DNA of 64,000 nucleotides from an uncultured bacterium (GTDB lineage: Bacteria; Bacteroidota; Bacteroidia; Bacteroidales; CAIXTV01). The position numbers and the translations under genes are program-made. Location of the stretch: NCBI GenBank assembly GCA_903922465.1, contig CAIXTV010000098.1, positions 10,055 to 74,054 on the forward strand, in the 5' to 3' direction. The notes beneath the pieces were generated by a model. The model worked only from the letters and a program-made list of their open reading frames with translations. It was not told the DNA's origin and did no database searches. This document shows positions 1 to 8,860 of this stretch, one piece after another. The first letter of the stretch is position 1. Each line of letters starts with the position of its first letter.

Positions 1-2659
1 GATTAACAAAAAAATCTGTGTTTGTCTCAATTACAGAAAAGAATACATTTAATGTTCTCAAGCCCATTAAATATGTTTCTTCAACTAAATCAAAAATCAC
101 AGGATTAGAAATTTTTCCGTAATTGTTTTTAAGTATTTGACCAAGAATTTCTATTGTTTTGAATGCTAAATTAAGTTTTGCAACAATGTCTAATTCCGAA
201 ATATCCTCATTTAAGTCAGGTAAATTGTTGTAATTCTTTTCCAATTCTTCTTTTTCTGGTTCTTCTTGTTCGTCCTTTCTTTTATTAAGTTCTTCTCTAT
301 GTTCATCAATTGTTTTCGAATTGTAAACAAGCTGAGGAAGTTTATCTCCAAGTTTATTTATTGACGAAATGTCTTTATCTAATTTGCAGGGTCCAAGGTC
401 GTTAAATAATTCCTTTGCATTTGTTAATATTTCAGTTAAAAGGTATTTATCTTTAGAGTGATGCGTTAAAAACAATAAGATATTTGCAAATTCTGATTTG
501 TAAAGCCTTTTGCATAAAGCCGATATTTTTTCTCTTATTTCTTTTTGTTCAATATTCTCAGCCAAGTGCTTTGAAACAAAGAAATAATAGATGTACAGAT
601 ATTTAAACTCATAGTAACCTTCGTAATCGTCAAGAATCTTCCCCATTACAAGGTTCTTAATTATTGTATCTAATGAATCTTTAATAGTAAAATTAACTCT
701 GTAACCAGTATCAAATTTTTGAATTTCTTTTAAATCAATACATCTCACCTTGTTTTTGAAGTAATAATATGCTAATTCACTTAAATAATTATTGTAACTA
801 GTTATTTCGTCTTGACTTTTCAATGAATTACCAAATGCCTTTTGAATAAGAAATTGATAATAATGCCCGAAAGTACTAGCTGTTAAGTCTGCTGGATTTC
901 CTAATTCAATTGCTTGTAAAATTGTCAATAGAAATAAAGGATAATTTGGAACAAGGTTTTTCCCAGTAACAGTTCTTATAATCAATTCTGCTTGATGATG
1001 TTTTTTTATTCTTTCTTCATCAGACATTGTTTCTATTGAACCAAGCGTAATCCATTTATTGATTAACTTACTTTTCAAAAGATTACCAAACTCTCTTATT
1101 TCATAAGTACTAAATGAAGAAAACAAATCTTCGTTTACTGCTTCATCCGTTACAATATCTTCCAATGACATTAGTTCATTGCCTGAAATAATTAAGTTTG
1201 TGTAGTTGTTTATTAAATTTGATATTAGTTTTCCCTTATATTTTGAATTTAAAGAAGTTTTGTCAAAATCATCAATAATGATAACTAATTTTTCCATGTT
1301 TAGTTGTAAAACATCCTCCTTGTCAGATGATTCATATTGATTGAGAAAATGAGAAACAATTAATTTTTTAAAATCTTCAACACTTGTAGTTTTGATTTTA
1401 TGGCCATCTATTAAAACAGGAACAAAACCTTTTGAATGAAGATTTGCAAAAGTGATTTTTAATAAAGAAGTTTTACCAATATTTTCGGAACCACTAAGAA
1501 GTATGCGAATATCACCTTTTAATGACTTTATCAGTGCTTCTGAATCTTCTGTAATAATAGTAACTTCTCTATCAGCGTTCCCCGAAAAATCTCGTAACTC
1601 CAAACGAGGATATACAAAAATATCGGTCAATTTAACTGGTGAAACTAATGGATGTGCAAGATTTGCCCCAACATCATTTAAAGTTTGTTTAAACGCAGAT
1701 TTTAACTCATAAGGGCTTAATATTTTCGAGGCTCCTCTTTCGTACGAAAGCCATTTAAATTCAGTAGTCTCATTTGCATATTTCTCACCGGTCCATTTAT
1801 AGTTGGCTACTTGGAACTTGGTTTCATGTAAATCGAAATAAACTAAGTTAAAACCACTCAATTTAGAATCTTCGTTGTCTTGCAATATATCTCCTTCGAC
1901 ATAATAAACCAAATTATCATCTAGGTTGGAGATTAACGACTTTGTATATTCGTGTTCATGACCAGTAACATAAAAGTCTGATGTTTTTTCAATATGAAAT
2001 TTAAACTCCCTTCTGTTTTCAGGTTTTAACCAATGCAGCGGGTGATGAAAGCAAGAAATAATTATGTCGGCTTTTTCTCTGAAAAGGTTATCATCAAACA
2101 TACTTACAGGATAAATCATCTTACCGGGTTGTTCATGTAAAATAGATTGAAATGCAGTGTTGTATGTATAAAACACTAATGATTTGTCTTTTAATTGAAA
2201 TCTGTAAATATTTAGAATCTGACTGGCATAAATTGGTTCAGGATTAAGTTGATTGGCAAAGGCAAAATAATTCGTTTGAACGCTTGTTAAAGCTTCAACA
2301 ACACTTTGGTCAATGGCTTCTGATCCATTATCTTGCACAAATTTTATCAAACCCTCTCGTGCTTTATTTTCTTCAGTTAGTTTTTGGCAATCATGATTTC
2401 CAGGTAAAATGATTGTATGGATTTTTTTACCCGAATAATCTGACAGATATTTAATAATTTCATCAAAAAAAGACTTGCTTAATTCAAATTCTTCAATACT
2501 TCCTGAAAATGCAACATCGCCAGTTATCATTAAGAAAACTTCATCAACACTCTTTGTTTCATTCTGAATTGCTTCTATAAGTTTAGCTTTTTTATCAAAA
2601 ATAGAATCCTTGCCATTTTTGATATGTATGTCTGATAATTGAATAAATAGTACTTTCAT
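1..2659 (-). CDS. Large fusion protein whose C-terminus is cut by the window edge: N-terminal calcineurin-like metallophosphoesterase, central P-loop NTPase (STAND/AAA-like), then a helical C-terminal region
   Basis: Not in the supplied ORF track because it has no in-window stop. Hand translation of the minus strand from ATG 2659 stays open for all 886 codons down to position 1. It reads MKVLFIQLSDIHIKNG..ITGDVAFSG..LPGNHDCQK..CFHHPLHW..VTGHEHEY, which covers all five metallophosphoesterase motifs. Further on come LLSGSENIGKTSLLK (Walker A) and KLVIIIDDFD (Walker B). The start lies 13 nt after the hsdS stop on the same strand. Confidence 0.8.
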   Translation of the reverse strand, partial: MKVLFIQLSDIHIKNGKDSIFDKKAKLIEAIQNETKSVDEVFLMITGDVAFSGSIEEFELSKSFFDEIIKYLSDYSGKKIHTIILPGNHDCQKLTEENKAREGLIKFVQDNGSEAIDQSVVEALTSVQTNYFAFANQLNPEPIYASQILNIYRFQLKDKSLVFYTYNTAFQSILHEQPGKMIYPVSMFDDNLFREKADIIISCFHHPLHWLKPENRREFKFHIEKTSDFYVTGHEHEYTKSLISNLDDNLVYYVEGDILQDNEDSKLSGFNLVYFDLHETKFQVANYKWTGEKYANETTEFKWLSYERGASKILSPYELKSAFKQTLNDVGANLAHPLVSPVKLTDIFVYPRLELRDFSGNADREVTIITEDSEALIKSLKGDIRILLSGSENIGKTSLLKITFANLHSKGFVPVLIDGHKIKTTSVEDFKKLIVSHFLNQYESSDKEDVLQLNMEKLVIIIDDFDKTSLNSKYKGKLISNLINNYTNLIISGNELMSLEDIVTDEAVNEDLFSSFSTYEIREFGNLLKSKLINKWITLGSIETMSDEERIKKHHQAELIIRTVTGKNLVPNYPLFLLTILQAIELGNPADLTASTFGHYYQFLIQKAFGNSLKSQDEITSYNNYLSELAYYYFKNKVRCIDLKEIQKFDTGYRVNFTIKDSLDTIIKNLVMGKILDDYEGYYEFKYLYIYYFFVSKHLAENIEQKEIREKISALCKRLYKSEFANILLFLTHHSKDKYLLTEILTNAKELFNDLGPCKLDKDISSINKLGDKLPQLVYNSKTIDEHREELNKRKDEQEEPEKEELEKNYNNLPDLNEDISELDIVAKLNLAFKTIEILGQILKNNYGKISNPVIFDLVEETYLMGLRTLNVFFSVIETNTDFFVN

Positions 2660-2672
2660 ATTTTTATTTTGT

Positions 2673-3929
2673 TTAAACTTCAACTTCTTCTTTTTTCAAA
2701 GCCTCCCTCAAAGCCCCCTGCAACAACTTTTCATTTTCAATTTTACTTTGCTGTATGCTGTATTGCAATTCATCACAAAGTTTCATTAGTTGTTCTATTT
2801 TATTTACGATGCGGTCTTGTTCAGCAAAAGGTGGGAGAGGGAATAATCTTGCTTCAATAATATCTCTATTAATGGCTTCAAAAAAAAAACCTTTTGCTTT
2901 CCAATTTCTTTTCATGCAATCCAAAAAGTAAAATAATAAAACATGGTTTATTGTTTTATTCATAACTCTGATGATTGATAAACCTCTACCGATTGCATAT
3001 TTTTTGTCTGAAATATTTACATCTCCAACTGGTGCTCTTACGGAAATTAAAATGTCATTTGGTTCACTAATTTTTTTTGGTTGATTACACCATACTGAAA
3101 CACCTACAGGATACATAACTCCAAATTCAGTTTTACCTTGATAGAAAGGAATTCCATTTCCGTTTTTGTTGTATGTATTTCCTTCTGGGCTTTGTCCCAT
3201 TTGCAATTCAACAATGTCACCAAATCTGCACCACAACCAATTTGCAGGAATTGAAAAAGGAATTTCTTCTTCTGTAATCAGTGCAAGTTCTTTTCTTGCT
3301 TTTTTATCAATTGTTAGTTTGTCTTTTTCTATTTTTATTTTCTCTAACAAATCCTTTGCACTTTCATCTTTATAATTTTGTCGCGTTAATAATCCTTGCA
3401 TGGCTTCTTTTAAAATTGCATGCCGAAGTTTTATTACATCACCATCTTGTAAATTCAATTTTTCTTCCAACTCGTTTTTATATTCTGCTGCCTCATTTTC
3501 CAATGCAATTATTTCTAACTGTCTTTCCAAACTTGGAACTTCAACTTCTACATCAGCTAATTTATTCATCGGCAAACTCACATTGGCTGCACCTTTCATC
3601 AATGGCACTAATAAAGTTTCTTTGAACTGTTGTAAATACAAGTGAAGAAATTTTGCATTCAATAGTTTTTCATCATTCGGAATAACTGCACACAAAATAT
3701 TTCCTAATGCAAATTTTCCTTCTTGATAATGCACTCGTTTCATGCTTGCATGTCCGTGTCCTGTGCTGCTGATAAGCGGAACAATAACTGCCTTAGCATC
3801 AAACTGAAATTCGCTGTGGTTTCTGCGTTCATCGCTCAATGCCACCAACGGATATTTTCCTCCATCGGCTTTCATTATTCCGGTTGCCCCTTTGGTAATG
3901 CTGCAAATATCTTTTAAATGATATTTCAT
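2673..3929 (-). CDS. hsdS: Type I restriction-modification specificity subunit HsdS
   Basis: 418 aa with two variable target-recognition halves separated by conserved coiled-coil spacers (LERQLEII..., FAEQDRIVNKIEQLMKLCDEL). Its start overlaps the hsdM stop in a 4-nt ATGA overlap. Confidence 0.9.
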   Translation of the reverse strand: MKYHLKDICSITKGATGIMKADGGKYPLVALSDERRNHSEFQFDAKAVIVPLISSTGHGHASMKRVHYQEGKFALGNILCAVIPNDEKLLNAKFLHLYLQQFKETLLVPLMKGAANVSLPMNKLADVEVEVPSLERQLEIIALENEAAEYKNELEEKLNLQDGDVIKLRHAILKEAMQGLLTRQNYKDESAKDLLEKIKIEKDKLTIDKKARKELALITEEEIPFSIPANWLWCRFGDIVELQMGQSPEGNTYNKNGNGIPFYQGKTEFGVMYPVGVSVWCNQPKKISEPNDILISVRAPVGDVNISDKKYAIGRGLSIIRVMNKTINHVLLFYFLDCMKRNWKAKGFFFEAINRDIIEARLFPLPPFAEQDRIVNKIEQLMKLCDELQYSIQQSKIENEKLLQGALREALKKEEVEV

Positions 3930-5350
3930 TCTGTAGCTAATAAGGTTTTCAGTTTATTCACTATTTCGTGAATTTTGTTTTGTTCGATATCAATGCGGGA
4001 AAGAATCTCGTTTGAGGTTTCTTCGTTTTCTTCAACTACTGCATTCGGATTTTTAATATCCAAATCATAACCTCTTTCAATAATAGTATCAATAGAAACT
4101 TTCCAACTCACTTCGCTTTCAACTCTTTTCTTCCACCACTTTTTTATTGGTTCTAATTCTTCCAACTTCAACGGATTGGTTTTGGAATATGATTTTACTC
4201 CGTCCAAATATTTGTGTTGGTAATACCAAACATCTTTTGTTGGTTTTCCTTTTTCAAAAAATAATAGATTGGTTGCTACGGTTGCATAAGGTTTGAAAAC
4301 TGAATTAGGCAGGCGAATTATTGTATGCAAATTACAATCATCCAACAATTTTTGCCTTATTCTTTGCTTAACTCCATCGCCTGAAAGTGAACCATCGGGC
4401 AAAACAATTCCTGCCCTGCCTCCATGCTTCAGCAAATGAATCATCAAAATCAAAAACAAATCGGCACTTTCTTTTACCCTATAATTTGCAGGAAAATTAT
4501 TTTCGTTATTGTTTGCCACGGTTCCACCAAAAGGAGGATTGGCAATAATTACATCAACCCGGTCTTTCTCGCGATATTCAGACAACTGCTTATCCATTGC
4601 ATCACGATAGGTAATGTCGGGCAATTCGATGTCGTGCAGAATCAAATTGGTTGTTGCCAACACATAAGGTAAGGGTTTCCATTCCCAACCTTGTATGTTT
4701 TTTTGGATGGCTTTGCGTTGTTCAATATTTTTGGTTTGCTTTTTTAAATGTTCAATGGCAGAAGTTAAAAAACCTCCGGTTCCGCAAGCAGGGTCAAGAA
4801 TCCGTTCGTTTAATTGTGGATTAATAGTGTCTGTGATAAATTGAGTAATTGCTCTTGGCGTATAAAATTCACCATAGTCACCGGCACTTTGTAGTTCTTG
4901 TAATATTGTTTCGTAAATCTCACCGAACAAATGTCTTTCGGTGGCTTTGTTGAAATCAACTTCATTCAAACGGTTTACAACTTTGCGAATATTTATTCCG
5001 CTTTTCATATAGTTGTTGTTGCCTTCAAAAACTTCACGAACCATATAGGCACGAGGGTCAAGGGCTGAAAGTTCTTTGAGTGTCGGGAAAAGGTGCTGAT
5101 CGACAAAGTTCAGCAATTCTTCACCTGTCATACCTTCGTCATTGGCAGCCCAATTTCGCCACTTAAATTTTTCGGGAATAGGAGATTTGTAATTGTCATC
5201 CAACAATTCAAGTTCTTTGTCTTTGTCGTCAAATATTTTCAAGAAAAGCATCCAGCCTAATTGCTCAATGCGTTGCCCATCGCCGCTAACACCGCGGTCT
5301 TCGCGCATATCGTTGCGGATGGATTTTATTATGCCGGATAGGTTGCTCAT
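3926..5350 (-). CDS. hsdM: Type I R-M N6-adenine DNA methyltransferase HsdM
   Basis: Carries the AdoMet motif I DPACGTGGFL and catalytic motif IV IIANPPFGG. The N-terminal HsdM-N-like region reads LGWMLFLKIFDD. Confidence 0.95.
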   Translation of the reverse strand: MSNLSGIIKSIRNDMREDRGVSGDGQRIEQLGWMLFLKIFDDKDKELELLDDNYKSPIPEKFKWRNWAANDEGMTGEELLNFVDQHLFPTLKELSALDPRAYMVREVFEGNNNYMKSGINIRKVVNRLNEVDFNKATERHLFGEIYETILQELQSAGDYGEFYTPRAITQFITDTINPQLNERILDPACGTGGFLTSAIEHLKKQTKNIEQRKAIQKNIQGWEWKPLPYVLATTNLILHDIELPDITYRDAMDKQLSEYREKDRVDVIIANPPFGGTVANNNENNFPANYRVKESADLFLILMIHLLKHGGRAGIVLPDGSLSGDGVKQRIRQKLLDDCNLHTIIRLPNSVFKPYATVATNLLFFEKGKPTKDVWYYQHKYLDGVKSYSKTNPLKLEELEPIKKWWKKRVESEVSWKVSIDTIIERGYDLDIKNPNAVVEENEETSNEILSRIDIEQNKIHEIVNKLKTLLATE

Positions 5351-5414
5351 TTGTTTTATTTATTAATTTTATCTAAGGACTCAAACGACATCAAAGACCT
5401 TTAGTCGTTTTTTG

Positions 5415-5990
5415 TCATTTTTGTCCTTGGTTTCTTTTATTAATTCTTGCTTTGGTCATTCTTTCTCTCAAGCCTCCTTCGTTGACAAAGGCTGTTTCCA
5501 ATGCTTTTATTTGGTGATTCAGAAGATAGTTAACCACTTTTATGAGTCCTATCATCGAATTAGCACAAATTTCGGGGCTTTCATTTTCTATTGCTTTTTT
5601 AAAAGTATCGTAATTGCTATTTGGTATTTTATTTAATTCTCTTAGTCTGGCAACTAAGCGATGATCTTTATCCCACAAAGGTAGTTTATTTGTTCTTAAA
5701 AAATCTTCATAATCGATTTTTAATTCTTCTAAAGATGCACGGGCAACATTTGTTAGTTTAATTTCTGTTTCTTTTGAAGTTGCAGATGCCATGCTTGCCT
5801 CGGCAATATTTTGTTTCCCACTTCGGGCAGCCTGCACCATTTGATCGATGGTGCGGTCATATTTCCCAAAGAACCTTTTAGTAAAATACACTGTGCCATC
5901 GTAAATAATTTCAGCTTTCTGGTAAGCTATCAAATTATGATAACCTCCATGTTTTGGTATAAAGCCATCTTTGTTATCTATTTCTACCAT
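5415..5990 (-). CDS. Four-helix-bundle protein (23S rRNA intervening-sequence protein-like family) embedded in the hsd operon
   Basis: 191 aa. The segment YQKAEIIYDGTVYFTKRF...QMVQAARSGKQNIAEA..ASLEEL matches my recollection of the four-helix-bundle (S23p-like) family that is often inserted in Bacteroidota Type I R-M loci. This is a family assignment from memory, not from a search. Confidence 0.65.
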   Translation of the reverse strand: MVEIDNKDGFIPKHGGYHNLIAYQKAEIIYDGTVYFTKRFFGKYDRTIDQMVQAARSGKQNIAEASMASATSKETEIKLTNVARASLEELKIDYEDFLRTNKLPLWDKDHRLVARLRELNKIPNSNYDTFKKAIENESPEICANSMIGLIKVVNYLLNHQIKALETAFVNEGGLRERMTKARINKRNQGQK

Positions 5991-6051
5991 GCTTTTTTAT
6001 ATTTTCAGGAACACAAACGACTTGAACATCCAAATTCGTGTATGCCACCGT

Positions 6052-6087
6052 TTAGTGTCCTTAGTGTCCTTAATGTCCTTGCTGTCC
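6052..6087. repeat. 4 x 9-bp microrepeat (TTAGTGTCC-like) between the hsdR stop and the four-helix-bundle gene start
   Basis: The four units ttagtgtcc ttagtgtcc ttaatgtcc ttgctgtcc can be read directly. Confidence 0.8.
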
Positions 6088-6102
6088 TTTATTTTTTATG
6101 GT

Positions 6103-8568
6103 TTATGCTGTCTTATAAAGTTCCACTTCTAATTCTTTTACTGCTTGCAAATATTTTTCTTTGCTTCCAAATTCACTTACGATTTCAATTGGAGAACCAA
6201 ACTCGTTAAGTGGCTCCACCTTCAATACTTCCATGCTTTCTAAATTTTCGATTCCCTCATCGGCATATTTATCGAGCAAAGCCTCTAAAACTTTTCTGCT
6301 TTGTTCACCATATTTTGTAAAGTAATTCCGCTTCTTCACATTATTGGCTCTTTCTTTTCTTGTAAGTGGTGGCTGATCGTAAGCTATGTGACAAATCAGA
6401 TCAAAGAGGTCGCAATTATTTTCAACGGCTTCCATTAATGCCTCAACTAAAACACCCTGTTGTCGCAATTCTTCAATAATAGCTTCTTTCCTTTCTGTAG
6501 TGTTCCATTTGTTAAGAAAATCGTCGAGAGAGGAATATTCTCCTTTGATGATTTCTTTAGTATGATCTTTTAAACTTGTAGTAATTGGTCTGCCCTGTTG
6601 GTCGAAATACAATTCACGGGAAACAAGAATGGAAACATCTATACCATTTACATAAACTTTTTTTCTTGGTTCTTTTGCAATTCCTCTTCCATCGATTTGC
6701 CTGTCACCAGGATAACGGATTAAAGGTTTTTCAAATTTTATTTCATCTCCTGTTTCTGGGTCCAAAACAGGAAGTGTATTTTCTTCTTCTTCATTTATCA
6801 ACATTGATAAATCTTCATCTTGAGAAACCGGCTTAACTCGAATGGGGTCGCCATCAAAATCTTTGTCAGCAAATAAATCAGTTGCATTTCTGAAATCAAG
6901 AATGGTGAAATAAAGTTTATTAAATTCTTCATTTATGCGTGTTCCTCTACCAATAATTTGTTTGAACTTGGTCATTGATTTTATTATGCTATCAAGCACA
7001 ATCACTTTACAAGTTTGTGCATCAACACCAGTTGTCATCAATTCGGAAGTTGTGGCGATTACAGGATACTTTTCCTCGGGATTAATAAAATTATCCAATT
7101 CTTTTTTACCTTCATCATTGTCGCCTGTAACCTGCATTACATATTTGTGATTTACAGAAACCAAATCAAAATTTTCATTAGCAATACAACTTCTCATGCC
7201 TTCTGCATGCTCAATATCGCAACAAAAAACAATTGACTTTGAAAAACGATCAGTTCCTTTTAAAAACTCAGTGATTTTTTTTGCAACTAATATTCTTCGC
7301 TCTTCCACTACTATGCCACCACTCCTGTCAAAATCTGTGCGGTTATAAATTCTATCTTCAACTTCATTTCCTTCTTTGTCTAAAAAGCCAATTGAAGGTC
7401 GCCAGCCTTCTAAGTCAATGTTTAGCCCGACTCTGACAACGCGATACGGAGCTAAAAAACCATCATCAATTCCTTTTTTTAATGAATAAGTATAAACCGG
7501 GTTTCCAAAATATTCTGAGTTGCTTGTTACTTCATCTTCTTTGGGTGTGGCTGTTAAACCAATTTGTGTTGCACTTTTGAAATATTCTAAAATCTTCCGC
7601 CAGGCGCTGTCTTCTTTGGAGCTTCCTCTGTGGCATTCATCAACTATAATTAAATCAAAGAAACCCGGACTGAAATCTTTGTAAGCATCTTCAATACCTT
7701 CATCACTATTTGTCAAGCCTTGATAAATACCAAGAAAAATTTCATAGGCTTTATCACTACTGTCAATCCCTCTTTTTTTACTGGATACTAATTTATCTTT
7801 TCCATCAACATCAATAACTTTCTTTTTGATGATGGTCATTTTATCTTTAAAATATTTAAAGTCACCTCTGCGTGTCTGATCAATTAAATTATTTCTGTCC
7901 GCTAAAAATAGGATTCTTTTTTTTACTCCTGCTTTCCACAGCCGATGAATGATTTGAAATGCAACATATGTTTTCCCAGTACCTGTTGCCATTACCAATA
8001 AAATTCTGTTTTGTCCGCTAGCGATTGCTTCAACACTTCTATTTATTGCAATTTGCTGATAGTATCTCGGTTTCCTTCCACTGCCATCAAAATAATAATC
8101 TTGAGAAGCAATCTTTTCAGCTAAAGGGGTAGTTATGCCTTTATATTTTTTATATTTTTCCCATAATTGTTCAGGTGTAGGGAAATGGTCATTGTTAATT
8201 TCCGTTTCAATATTTTCATCAGTAGCTGTGCGGTCATGAAACAGAAAACCGTCACCATTGCTGCTAAATACGCATGGGATATCAAGAATTAGAGCATAGT
8301 CGAGTGCTTGTTGAATGCCTGATCTAACAGAATGATTATTGTCCTTGGCTTCAATAATGGCAATAGGAATGTTGGGTTTATAATATAAAATATAGTCTGC
8401 TCGCTTTGCAGTGCCTCTTGCAGTCAATTTTCCCCGGACATAGATTTTACCATCCGTAAAATAAACTTCTTCTAAAAGCTGAGTGAGCTTATCCCACCCT
8501 GCTTTCTCAATTGCAGGAGTGATAAACTTGGTGCATATATCTCTTTCCGATAAGCTCTTTTTGTTCAT
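6103..8568 (-). CDS. hsdR: Type I restriction endonuclease subunit HsdR (helicase/nuclease)
   Basis: 821 aa. The N-terminal PD-(D/E)xK-like nuclease region reads ADYILY..IAIIEAKD. The SF2 helicase motif I is VMATGTGKTY and motif II is IIVDECHRGS. Confidence 0.95.
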   Translation of the reverse strand: MNKKSLSERDICTKFITPAIEKAGWDKLTQLLEEVYFTDGKIYVRGKLTARGTAKRADYILYYKPNIPIAIIEAKDNNHSVRSGIQQALDYALILDIPCVFSSNGDGFLFHDRTATDENIETEINNDHFPTPEQLWEKYKKYKGITTPLAEKIASQDYYFDGSGRKPRYYQQIAINRSVEAIASGQNRILLVMATGTGKTYVAFQIIHRLWKAGVKKRILFLADRNNLIDQTRRGDFKYFKDKMTIIKKKVIDVDGKDKLVSSKKRGIDSSDKAYEIFLGIYQGLTNSDEGIEDAYKDFSPGFFDLIIVDECHRGSSKEDSAWRKILEYFKSATQIGLTATPKEDEVTSNSEYFGNPVYTYSLKKGIDDGFLAPYRVVRVGLNIDLEGWRPSIGFLDKEGNEVEDRIYNRTDFDRSGGIVVEERRILVAKKITEFLKGTDRFSKSIVFCCDIEHAEGMRSCIANENFDLVSVNHKYVMQVTGDNDEGKKELDNFINPEEKYPVIATTSELMTTGVDAQTCKVIVLDSIIKSMTKFKQIIGRGTRINEEFNKLYFTILDFRNATDLFADKDFDGDPIRVKPVSQDEDLSMLINEEEENTLPVLDPETGDEIKFEKPLIRYPGDRQIDGRGIAKEPRKKVYVNGIDVSILVSRELYFDQQGRPITTSLKDHTKEIIKGEYSSLDDFLNKWNTTERKEAIIEELRQQGVLVEALMEAVENNCDLFDLICHIAYDQPPLTRKERANNVKKRNYFTKYGEQSRKVLEALLDKYADEGIENLESMEVLKVEPLNEFGSPIEIVSEFGSKEKYLQAVKELEVELYKTA

Positions 8569-8804
8569 TTCTAATATTCAAATTTAAAAAAATGAGTCGA
8601 TTTTCTTGTCTTGTTTAAATTTCATAATTAAGCCGGATGTACATTTTTTTCTTTTCATTATAATTAGCCCCCAAAGTTATAATTAAAAATCACATAAGCC
8701 CTAAAAATCAGCTAAAAACAAGAATGAAAAAATCAACATTTGAGAATTTAACTATTATTAACGTTTTTTAACATTCAGGGGTAATATTTCAAATGAATTA
8801 GTCG

Positions 8805-8812
8805 TATTTTTG
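8805..8812 (+). promoter_or_regulatory. Candidate Bacteroidota -7 promoter box (TAnnTTTG) for the 8861 gene
   Basis: TATTTTTG lies about 49 nt upstream of ATG 8861. This is a motif match only. Confidence 0.3.
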
Positions 8813-8860
8813 TTTTGTCTTACAAATTAAATATTGTATAACCATAAATAATAGAATAAG

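Noticed and set aside
1452-1712. Plus-strand ORF 1452..1712 (86 aa)
   Set aside because: It is antisense to the 886-codon open frame of the metallophosphoesterase-NTPase gene, at the Walker A region, and has no motifs.
2669-3917. Plus-strand ORFs inside hsdS (2669..2860, 3166..3375, 3281..3625, 3400..3645, 3723..3917)
   Set aside because: They are antisense to a well-supported hsdS gene and have hydrophobic, low-complexity translations typical of AT-rich antisense frames. The same reasoning applies to the many short antisense ORFs inside hsdM, hsdR, hdrA, the flx-like genes, proS and others.
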